Assembly (NCBI GenBank): GCA_965140445.1
Contig: OZ223236.1
Span: 1,216,001 to 1,280,000 of the forward strand
Reading direction: 5' to 3'
Length of the DNA stretch: 64,000 bases
Origin: Candidatus Ozemobacteraceae bacterium
GTDB lineage: Bacteria > Muiribacteriota > Ozemobacteria > Ozemobacterales > Ozemobacteraceae
Shown: positions 21,681 through 29,912 of the stretch, in pieces
Numbering within the stretch: the stretch's first letter is position 1
Layout of the letters: the number at the start of each line of letters is the position of its first letter
The notes under the pieces: model-generated
What the model saw: only the letters and a program-made list of their open reading frames with translations
Database searches by the model: none
Told to the model about the DNA's origin: nothing
Position numbers and translations under genes: made by a program

Positions 21681-22616
21681 GTGAACACCGTTATTATAGC
21701 GTTTTCTGTTTATTTTATGGGAATAGTCTTTTATAACCTATTCTTGATGTTCTTTGGGGTGTTCAAGGCTATCAAAGGTGATGAGCCAAGTATAGCAAGC
21801 TATTTTTCTAAAAACTATTTACATCCGTTTGAACCAGTTATTTATATCTTTGTAAGAATTTTCATCTATCTTAAGGGTTCAAAATTAATTCCCCAAAAAA
21901 TCCGTTATACAAAACCGGACTGGTCCAAGGAAGAGCAGGAATTTCATGACGAACTTCTTAATTGTTTTAAGCTGTTTAAGAGCTCTGAAGAAAGGGAGTT
22001 TCAGCTTGCCCATGAAAAGATAATAGCCCTGAAGAATTTTAATCTGAATCGCTTGATTAACTCGCTAAGCAATTTTTTAAAGAAAAATTTCAGGCACCTA
22101 AAGTCTTCAGGTGCATTTAAGTATGTGATGAAAAGCCTTGCAGGATTGGGTTCGCCTGGATGTCAGGTTGTAGTAAAATGCATTGCAGATCCAGAAGCTA
22201 AAAATGCTCTTCTGGAAATAGGGGAGAATGGATTCGGCGCTATAGTCAATGGGTTGGGGAAAAAAAGATGGGTAGGAAGAAGAAGAAATCGTGCTATAGA
22301 CGATTCTATTTTAGTACAAGAGTTTATCATTGAAATTGGACAACCAATTTTGCCCTGCCTGGAAGAAGGCTTATGCCATGCTGATTATCAGATTTCTGGA
22401 AATTCAAAATTTTGTATAAATGAAATAATGAATAATGCAAAAAAAAATATGCATCAGGACAAGCTTAACTGGCAGGAAAGGTATTCGCAATTTACCGATT
22501 TAGAGTTGAGTCGCGTAGACCAGGGTTGTCGTCCGATAGGTCGAAGAATAGCTTTATTGGAAGAACTTAAAAAGAGAGATTTAAGTAAACGGCCCGATTA
22601 TGTCTTAGACCTTTAG
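21681..22616 (+). CDS. Hypothetical membrane-anchored protein, possibly with HEAT-like helical repeats
   Basis: N-terminal TM; ALLEIG and IIEIGQPILPCLEEGL resemble HEAT_PBS-like units. Confidence 0.55.
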   Translation: MNTVIIAFSVYFMGIVFYNLFLMFFGVFKAIKGDEPSIASYFSKNYLHPFEPVIYIFVRIFIYLKGSKLIPQKIRYTKPDWSKEEQEFHDELLNCFKLFKSSEEREFQLAHEKIIALKNFNLNRLINSLSNFLKKNFRHLKSSGAFKYVMKSLAGLGSPGCQVVVKCIADPEAKNALLEIGENGFGAIVNGLGKKRWVGRRRNRAIDDSILVQEFIIEIGQPILPCLEEGLCHADYQISGNSKFCINEIMNNAKKNMHQDKLNWQERYSQFTDLELSRVDQGCRPIGRRIALLEELKKRDLSKRPDYVLDL

Positions 22617-22670
22617 GAATTTGATTCAACTCAAATCTATGCAGGCTAATATATTTTTTTAGAAAACGAG

Positions 22671-23135
22671 CTATTTCCCTTTTTTTAATAATTCTTCTTT
22701 CACTTGATTTATTGAGTATCTAAGTCCCATTCCCAATGTTCTTTCTGTTTTTGCTTCAATTGGCCACATGCCTTGGATTCCATTATTCAGCTGCCAGGAA
22801 TCACCTTTTTTTACCAGAAACAATAAGACTGCTTCGCCTTTTTTGGGAAAAGCAGGACTATCAAGCATTGGTTTTTCTTCGCTGCCAACAGCTGTTAACT
22901 TAATTTTCTGAGCGAATTTAAGTTCTCCTTTTAGAGTTTGCTCAACTTTGAACGATGCGGTTGTAAATGGCACATCATTGTTCTCTTTCATGAAAACATT
23001 TTTTTCAACAACTCTTGCGATAACTATAGATTCTGCTGAATCAACTAGCTGGGGTAATGGAAGAGTTCTAATCATTGCTAGAACGGGCATGCCAAGAAAT
23101 ATTATCATTAAAATTAAAATGCTGGTTTTGGTCAT
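22671..23135 (-). CDS. Secreted hypothetical protein
   Basis: Signal peptide; LPQLVDSAESIVIARV...FKVEQTLKG...GEAVLLFL. Confidence 0.65.
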   Translation of the reverse strand: MTKTSILILMIIFLGMPVLAMIRTLPLPQLVDSAESIVIARVVEKNVFMKENNDVPFTTASFKVEQTLKGELKFAQKIKLTAVGSEEKPMLDSPAFPKKGEAVLLFLVKKGDSWQLNNGIQGMWPIEAKTERTLGMGLRYSINQVKEELLKKGK

Positions 23136-23151
23136 TATCCTGGCTCCTTAA

Positions 23152-24096
23152 TTACTTCCAAATGTATTTGGCTATAAAGTTGTATTTTTCGGGATCATAG
23201 CTTTTGAGTCTTTGCGGGTTTGTGTAGAAGGCGGCTACACTTTCAGCCATATCTTCCATGAAATTTGTATTTCCATAGTCAGTAATCGATGATCTTAGTG
23301 GTTGTCCATTTTTCCAGAAAGAATTCAGCCAAAGTCTTGAGACTTCTTTATTTTTTCCCTGAAAAAGATGAGTCATTTCATGGACTACTACTTCGGCAAG
23401 ACAATCATATGAATCAATCTGACCTTTATTTAGAAGAATTGGGTCCGCTCCGAGTCCACTTGGTTGCCCTCCAGAAGAGTCTAGAATTTTATCATACATT
23501 GCGAAACCTTTGGTGAAACTTCTAAAACCTGATGGTAAATCAGACAAAACCTTTTCCAGTTTATCCATTTGTCTGTTGTCCCAGCTCCCGGAAGTAAATC
23601 GGAAATAACCATCAGATCCGCTCACTCCATTCAGCAATGTTATTCCGTATTTTGATTTAATATCTGAAGCAATCTGGCTGTTATTTTCATTTCCTGCTTC
23701 GCTATATGGAACAGATAAGGTGCCAGAATTCAATAGCATGTTATCAAAATTGCTGATTGGCGACGTATTATTAGTAGGAGCTTTGCTGCTGCCTGTGTCT
23801 ATATCCTCATTGGTGGTTGAAACCACTCTTACCGAAGGGCAGGAGTTGTCGGCTGAATCAGTAGGTCTGCTGTTGTTGCCATTATTGGGGACTGTATTGC
23901 TATTAAAACTTGAACTGCTAACGCCATTTACAGCATCTGAAACGCTTTTAATGATTTCTTGAATTGCGGGCACCGACTCTTGAATTGCGGTTGCAATAGC
24001 TTGAATAGTATTAAGTATCTTACCTGCATCACAGCCTGTTGTAAAAATAGAGCACGTAATTAAAATTACAACCAGGAACTTTCGCAGCTTGATCAT
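23152..24096 (-). CDS. Lipoprotein with zincin metallopeptidase-like C-terminal domain
   Basis: Lipobox-like FTTGC, Asn/Ser-rich linker, VVHEMTHLF (HExxH), then YGNTNFMEDMAES. Confidence 0.75.
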   Translation of the reverse strand: MIKLRKFLVVILITCSIFTTGCDAGKILNTIQAIATAIQESVPAIQEIIKSVSDAVNGVSSSSFNSNTVPNNGNNSRPTDSADNSCPSVRVVSTTNEDIDTGSSKAPTNNTSPISNFDNMLLNSGTLSVPYSEAGNENNSQIASDIKSKYGITLLNGVSGSDGYFRFTSGSWDNRQMDKLEKVLSDLPSGFRSFTKGFAMYDKILDSSGGQPSGLGADPILLNKGQIDSYDCLAEVVVHEMTHLFQGKNKEVSRLWLNSFWKNGQPLRSSITDYGNTNFMEDMAESVAAFYTNPQRLKSYDPEKYNFIAKYIWK

Positions 24097-24290
24097 GTGA
24101 TTGTTTCCCCCAGACCTAAATTGCATATATTTATTATTACGAGGCAATAATTGAAAGATAACAGTTTTATTTGTGAAAGAATTGGCCACGAGGATGGAAA
24201 TAGCAGTATCATAGTTTTACCAAGTTGATCGGGAAGATTCAGTGAGAAGTTTGAATCCGTTAGCGATTTCCCATTAGTGCCAATTGGTGA

Positions 24291-25484
24291 ATGGAGCTAC
24301 CTGTGATTTTATGCAATTTTCGTAGCATCAGACCAAAATTTATTGTCGAACAAGACGATACAATGTCCTGGTTATCACTCGCTCATGCCCGAGCCGAAGC
24401 GATGAAAGGTGAGGGGGCAAAAGAACAAAGTGAAAAAAGTTTTGCTGAGCGCATCGCCAAACTTTTTACGCGATATGGTTGTTCTTCTGATCGCATTGCC
24501 AGGCGTGGCCTTGAAATCAGTGACTTTTCGCACACGCGCTGGAATGAAATGGAGATTTTTAGTTACAAGGATGGTCCATTTGGCCCAACAACCACGCAAA
24601 GATCAGCTGAATTCCACAAAATTGGAACTCGTGTTTGTGCTGAACTTTTTACTAAGGAACAGACTCCACCAGATCATATAATTCATGTTACCTGCAGCGG
24701 CTATATATCGCCCAGTTGCGCTCAGGAACGAGTTGCACAAAATGGGTGGCATGATAAAGTCGTGGTAACTCATGCATACCACATGGGCTGTTATGCTGCA
24801 GTTCCGGCTATTCGCATTGCCGATGGTTTTCTTGCTGCCGCATTGAACTTTAGAGATGGTTCGGACAACTCATCACGGGTTGATATTTTACATACTGAGG
24901 TTTGTTCACTGCATGTTCAGGCCCATGACCATTCGCCTGAACAGCTGATTGTTCAAAGTCTTTTTGCAGATGGCTTCATTGTTTATTCAGCAATTCAATC
25001 AAATCATCAGAGCGAATTAAAAGGCTCTGGGTTGCTATTAAAAGGGCTTCATGAAGAAATTGTGCCTGATTCCGAAGATGCTGTTACCTGGGAATGTTCT
25101 GAATGGGGGATGCGTATGGGCCTTTCATCAGAGGTGCCAGAAATGATTGCCAGCTCATTGGAGCCTTTTCTGGAGCGCCTTTGTCAGCGCGGCGGCACGT
25201 CTTTTACTGAAATTAAAGAGAAAAGTGTTTTTGCCATTCACCCCGGCGGCCCAAAAATCATTGATCGAGTGCAAGCCTTGCTGAATCTTCAAGAAGAGCA
25301 GGTTAGTGCCAGTCGATATATTTTACTCAATTACGGCAACATGTCGTCAGCGACTCTGCCACACGTCTGGGAAAAGGTCGTTGCTGATGAGAGCGTAGCC
25401 TCGGGAACTTATGTAATTAGCCTGGCTTTTGGTCCTGGCCTATGCATTTCCGGCGCGTTACTACAGAAGGTTGTTAGCTTATGA
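24291..25484 (+). CDS. Type III polyketide synthase (chalcone/stilbene synthase family)
   Basis: Catalytic Cys-His-Asn in HMGCYAA, AIHPGGPKI and YGNMSSA; also LFADG and AFGPGL. Confidence 0.93.
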   Translation: MELPVILCNFRSIRPKFIVEQDDTMSWLSLAHARAEAMKGEGAKEQSEKSFAERIAKLFTRYGCSSDRIARRGLEISDFSHTRWNEMEIFSYKDGPFGPTTTQRSAEFHKIGTRVCAELFTKEQTPPDHIIHVTCSGYISPSCAQERVAQNGWHDKVVVTHAYHMGCYAAVPAIRIADGFLAAALNFRDGSDNSSRVDILHTEVCSLHVQAHDHSPEQLIVQSLFADGFIVYSAIQSNHQSELKGSGLLLKGLHEEIVPDSEDAVTWECSEWGMRMGLSSEVPEMIASSLEPFLERLCQRGGTSFTEIKEKSVFAIHPGGPKIIDRVQALLNLQEEQVSASRYILLNYGNMSSATLPHVWEKVVADESVASGTYVISLAFGPGLCISGALLQKVVSL

Positions 25485-26644
25485 AACTTTCTGTTGCCAC
25501 TAATTTCGATAATGATTTTATCAGAGGAATTTCACAATACCCTGTTGAAGAGATTTACGGGAAGTTGCCCAAAGATATTGTTGGCGGCGGTCGAGCGAGT
25601 TATACAACTGGCACCGCCGACATGGAACAGCTCTCTTCACATGTGCAAACAGCTCATGAGCATGGAATCAGCTTCAATTATCTTTTGAACGCTGTCTGCA
25701 TGGGAAACCGTGAGTGGAGCAGGGCGGGGATGAAGGCGATTCGTGAACTTCTTGATCAGCTGAGTCATATCGGGGTTGATGCTATTACTGTTTCAACTCC
25801 GTATTTGGCTGAAATCGTAAAGAAGCATTATCCGAATTTAAAAATAAAAATTGGCATTTTTGCGAACATTGATACCCCTAATCGAGCCAGATTCTGGGAA
25901 GACCTGGGCGCGGATACTCTGGTTCTCGAATCTTTTTCAATCAATCGCAATTTTTCTTTGCTCAAAGACATTCGAAAGTCAGTTTCATGCGGGTTGCAGC
26001 TGATTGCTAATTTTTCTTGTCTACCCAATTGCCCGATGCAGATTTATCACATGACCGGAATTTCACACGGCTCCAACTCGGTTGACAAAGCTCCTTTTAT
26101 TGATTATTGCGTGCTGAAATGCACTTCTTTTTCTTTGAATGATCCAAGTCTGTTGATTAAATCAAATTGGATAAGACCTGAAGATACTGACTTTTATGAA
26201 AGCATTGGCTTCGATCAGTTTAAACTGCTTGAAAGAAATGCCCCCACGGAGCTAATGTTAAGGCGAGTTAAGGCCTATTCTGAAAAACAATCTCCCGAGA
26301 ACCTGCTCGAATTGATTCAACCATTTGGGTTTCACAAAAGCGTAAAAATGGAATACAAATGGGTTTTTCGTCTCCTATTTGAGCGCCCACGTTTAATTTT
26401 GCCACTTTATAAGCTTTTGAAGAGGCGTGGAATGCTGTTGCCGCTAAAGGGTGAACCTGTTATTCTCCGCTCGGATAAGATTCCATCATCATTCCTTGAC
26501 GAAGTTTCGCGCCGACCATGCTCAACTTCTTGCAAAACCTGCAATTATTGCGAGTCTATTGCAAAATCAGCCTATGAAATTGATCCTGACTATTACAAAG
26601 AATGCACAAGGCTTTATAAGAAGGTATTCAAGCTTCTGGGCTGA
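25481..26644 (+). CDS. U32 'peptidase' family Fe-S protein (UbiU/UbiV/TrhP/RlhA superfamily)
   Basis: FNYLLN..C, VDAITVSTPYL, Cys set SCLPNCP...YCVLKC, WIRPED, FKLLER; ATGA overlap with the PKS. Confidence 0.85.
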   Translation: MKLSVATNFDNDFIRGISQYPVEEIYGKLPKDIVGGGRASYTTGTADMEQLSSHVQTAHEHGISFNYLLNAVCMGNREWSRAGMKAIRELLDQLSHIGVDAITVSTPYLAEIVKKHYPNLKIKIGIFANIDTPNRARFWEDLGADTLVLESFSINRNFSLLKDIRKSVSCGLQLIANFSCLPNCPMQIYHMTGISHGSNSVDKAPFIDYCVLKCTSFSLNDPSLLIKSNWIRPEDTDFYESIGFDQFKLLERNAPTELMLRRVKAYSEKQSPENLLELIQPFGFHKSVKMEYKWVFRLLFERPRLILPLYKLLKRRGMLLPLKGEPVILRSDKIPSSFLDEVSRRPCSTSCKTCNYCESIAKSAYEIDPDYYKECTRLYKKVFKLLG

Positions 26645-26745
26645 CCTAAATAATTGATTGTCGAAGTTGGAAAATTTGATTGTTCAAATTCTTGGAATTG
26701 TCTCCCGGGATGCAACATTATGAATAAAATAAGGATTAAGCCTCT

Positions 26746-27474
26746 ATGAGTTTATTGCGAGTTTGGAATGAACTAAAAAATATGTCCCAGAGAAGTACTC
26801 AAAAAGAGTTTATGGATAATCCTGAATTTCAAGGTGAAGATCTGACCGAAAGCTTTCGCTTCATAAAATTGATAAATCAATTGGGCGGCGGCAGAATGGC
26901 AGTCCTTAACTGTATGAAAAAAGCATTGAAAAATGTGCCGTCAGAAAGGCCAATCAGTGTTCTTGATGTCGGCTGCGGGATTGGTGACATGGCGGGCGCT
27001 ATTATTAACTGGGGCCGCTCAAATAACAGAGAAATTCATTATTACGGTTTAGAAAAAAGTCCTTACATTATTGCAGAGGCGAGAAGACTCCATGATTGCG
27101 AGAACGTTAGCTTCATTCAGGGGGATTTGTTCGATGCTGGTATCCCTGAAGTTGATCTGACAATTATTTCAATGGTGCTTCATCATTTTGATGATGCAGA
27201 TGTTATTGCTGCGATTAAACATTTAACTGCGAAATCACGCATTGCCCTGCTTATAAATGATCTTGAGCGCTCAAAAACTTCTTATCTTATCTGCAAGCTG
27301 CTGGCGCTAGGGATGCGGAATCCTAAGGCTCGTTACGATGCACTTCTTTCTATAAGAAAAGGCTTCTCAACTGAAGAAATGAGTAGCCTGATTTGCAGAG
27401 CTGGCTGTTCTGCCAGTCTTCGCCGAGCTCTTGGTTGGCGTATTCTTGGGGTTGTTAAGAGCAGGCAAAGTTAG
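26746..27474 (+). CDS. SAM-dependent methyltransferase of the type found with type III PKS genes
   Basis: RSTQKEFMD, VLDVGCGIGD, LHHF, INDLER, YDALLSIRKGFS. Confidence 0.88.
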   Translation: MSLLRVWNELKNMSQRSTQKEFMDNPEFQGEDLTESFRFIKLINQLGGGRMAVLNCMKKALKNVPSERPISVLDVGCGIGDMAGAIINWGRSNNREIHYYGLEKSPYIIAEARRLHDCENVSFIQGDLFDAGIPEVDLTIISMVLHHFDDADVIAAIKHLTAKSRIALLINDLERSKTSYLICKLLALGMRNPKARYDALLSIRKGFSTEEMSSLICRAGCSASLRRALGWRILGVVKSRQS

Positions 27475-27505
27475 TTTGTTGGTTTCTTCGTGGTTATAAA
27501 ATTTG

Positions 27506-27539
27506 AAAACGAGCTGCCCCGGTGGGACAGCTCGTTTTT
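27506..27539. terminator. Bidirectional terminator downstream of glnA
   Basis: AAAACGAGCTG...CAGCTCGTTTTT hairpin between convergent genes. Confidence 0.85.
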
Positions 27540-27566
27540 AGAATTTCTGGAGTTAAAATTAAGGGA

Positions 27567-29669
27567 TCAGAGTGAAGTTAATAGTGCCTGATACTTGGCC
27601 ATGGGCCATAGGTCGTGGGCTGTCATTTCTTCTGCTCTGTCCACAGAGTGTCTGAGTTCGGCCAGGGCTTCTTCGCCTTTTTTGCCAAGGAATTCTGCTT
27701 TTGTCTGAAGGCATTTTTCGGTTTCTGCTTTTTCAAGAATGCCTTCAAGCTCTAGAAGAAGCTTTTTTATTTTGGAATATTTTTTGTCGAGGGTTACTGC
27801 GTCTTCTAAAATATCTTTTGAGGTGATTCCGGCTGCTTTGAGTGCGGCAGCAGCACCGGCGGTGACTGTTATCTGACGCGTTATGGCAGGCATGATAAGT
27901 GTTTTGGCCATATTGATGGCGGTTTTATATTCAATTTCTTTTGTTTTTATATAGGCTTCAAGTCTTATTTCAACTCTTGAATGCATTTCTTTTTCAGTCA
28001 GGATTTTGAAATCCTGCATCAGTTTAATTGCGTCTTTGTCTCTTAGTGCATTCATTGCTTCGGGAGTATTTTTTGCATTTGGAAGCCCTCGTTTTTTTGC
28101 TTCTTTATGCCACTCGGTTGAATATCCATTTCCCTCAAATCTGACTCGTTTAGTTTCCTTGAAAACTTCTTTTAATACGTTAAGAGCAGCTTCTTTGATG
28201 TCTTTTGATTTTGCTTTTTCAAGGCGCTTTCCGATTGTCTCGTAGCCATAAGCACAGATAAGATTGAGGATAGTAGCAGCTTCAGATGGATTGTGCGATG
28301 AACCTACTGCTCTTAATTCGAACTTGTTGCCTGTGAAAGCGATTGGAGATGTTCGGTTTCGGTCAGAAGAATCTTTGGCAATTTTTGGAAGGTTTCTAAC
28401 TTCCATGTTTATGCTAGCCATAGCTTTTTCTGTTACTTTTCCAAGTTGTTCAATTTCATCGATTAATTTGGTGAGATATTCGCCCAGATAAATTGACATT
28501 ATTGCTGGTGGTGCTTCGTTAGCGCCAAGACGGTGATCATTCCCAGCATCAGCAACGCTCGCTCGCAGCAGGCCCCCAAATTTATCAACGCCAAGTAGAA
28601 TTGCGCCGAGAGTAAGCAAAAAGTTTATATTTTTTAGTGGTGATGCTGAAGGCTCAAGGTAGTTGGCTCCAGTGTTGTCTCCTATGGACCAGTTGAGATG
28701 TTTTCCTGAACCATTAACCCCCGCATAAGGTTTTTCGTGAGTTAATACAACCAGATCGTGCTTGATTCCAACCTGAGACATAATATCCATAATCTGAAGG
28801 TTGTGATCAATTGCAAGATTTGCTTCTTCAAACAGCGGTGCAAGTTCAAACTGATTAGGTGAAACTTCATTGTGACGGGTCTTAGCAGGGATTCCTCTTC
28901 TGTAAAGCTCGTGATCGAGATCAGACATGAATCTAATCATTTTTGGATGTATTGCCCCGAAGTAGTGATCTTCCATTTGCTGCCCTTTAGCGGGTGGCGC
29001 ACCAAATAGTGTTCTATTGCAGATTTTTAGATCGGGTCTTGTATCATATAGGTCTTTGGCAACGACAAAATATTCTTGTTCAGGGCCGCAATTAATAATT
29101 GTTTTTTTGGCAAGCCTGTTGCCGAGCATTTTCTGTAGTTTTATTGCAGAGTCGTTTAGGGCCCTCATGGATCTAAGGAAGGGAGTTTTCTGGTCAAGAA
29201 CATCACCCGTCCATGAGAGAAAAACTGACGGGATTACCAGTGTGCGATGGTTGTCGATCTCAATCAGAAATGCAGGAGAAGTGGGGTCCCATGCGGTATA
29301 TCCGCGCGCTTCAAAAGTCGATCTGATTCCTCCGGACGGAAATGAAGATGCGTCTGGCTCGCTCTGAATAAGCTGTTTTGCTGAAAATCTTTCAATGATT
29401 TCGCCATCGTCTGAGTATGAAATAAAAGAGTCATGCTTTTCAGCCGTTCCGCCTCGCTGTGGCTGAAACCAGTGGGTGAAATGAGTTGCGCCTTTGCCGA
29501 TGGCCCATTCTTTCATGGCGTGAGCCACTTCTTCAGCTATCTTTTCATCAAGCGATGACCCCTTATCAACCGTATCTATAAGTTTTTTATAGGTTTCATG
29601 ACTAAGCTTTTCCTGCATTACAGTTTTATTAAAAGTTAGTTCGCCGTAAATTTTTGTTAATTCAGACAT
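27567..29669 (-). CDS. glnA: Glutamine synthetase type III
   Basis: HFTHWFQP, AEKHD, EPDASSFPSGG, GPEQEYF, HNEVSPNQFE, HEKP..GVNGSGKH, RLGANEAPP, DRNRTSP. Confidence 0.96.
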   Translation of the reverse strand: MSELTKIYGELTFNKTVMQEKLSHETYKKLIDTVDKGSSLDEKIAEEVAHAMKEWAIGKGATHFTHWFQPQRGGTAEKHDSFISYSDDGEIIERFSAKQLIQSEPDASSFPSGGIRSTFEARGYTAWDPTSPAFLIEIDNHRTLVIPSVFLSWTGDVLDQKTPFLRSMRALNDSAIKLQKMLGNRLAKKTIINCGPEQEYFVVAKDLYDTRPDLKICNRTLFGAPPAKGQQMEDHYFGAIHPKMIRFMSDLDHELYRRGIPAKTRHNEVSPNQFELAPLFEEANLAIDHNLQIMDIMSQVGIKHDLVVLTHEKPYAGVNGSGKHLNWSIGDNTGANYLEPSASPLKNINFLLTLGAILLGVDKFGGLLRASVADAGNDHRLGANEAPPAIMSIYLGEYLTKLIDEIEQLGKVTEKAMASINMEVRNLPKIAKDSSDRNRTSPIAFTGNKFELRAVGSSHNPSEAATILNLICAYGYETIGKRLEKAKSKDIKEAALNVLKEVFKETKRVRFEGNGYSTEWHKEAKKRGLPNAKNTPEAMNALRDKDAIKLMQDFKILTEKEMHSRVEIRLEAYIKTKEIEYKTAINMAKTLIMPAITRQITVTAGAAAALKAAGITSKDILEDAVTLDKKYSKIKKLLLELEGILEKAETEKCLQTKAEFLGKKGEEALAELRHSVDRAEEMTAHDLWPMAKYQALLTSL

Positions 29670-29912
29670 TTAATTCTCCCCACTGGCTTTTGTAAAAAAT
29701 TGATATCATATCTTCTACTTATAAAATAAAATTCTGTCAAGTAGTTGTCGGCAAAATTTATGCAAAAATTGAAAAAATACCTCTTTGATTTTTGTTAAAA
29801 AATAAAATAAAGAGGTGAAATGTTTATTTTTTTTGCAAAAGCCTGGTTTTTTGGTGAACAGTTTGTTTGTTAGAAAAGTCTAAGGAAAAAGAACCAGCCC
29901 GAGCGATATTTT

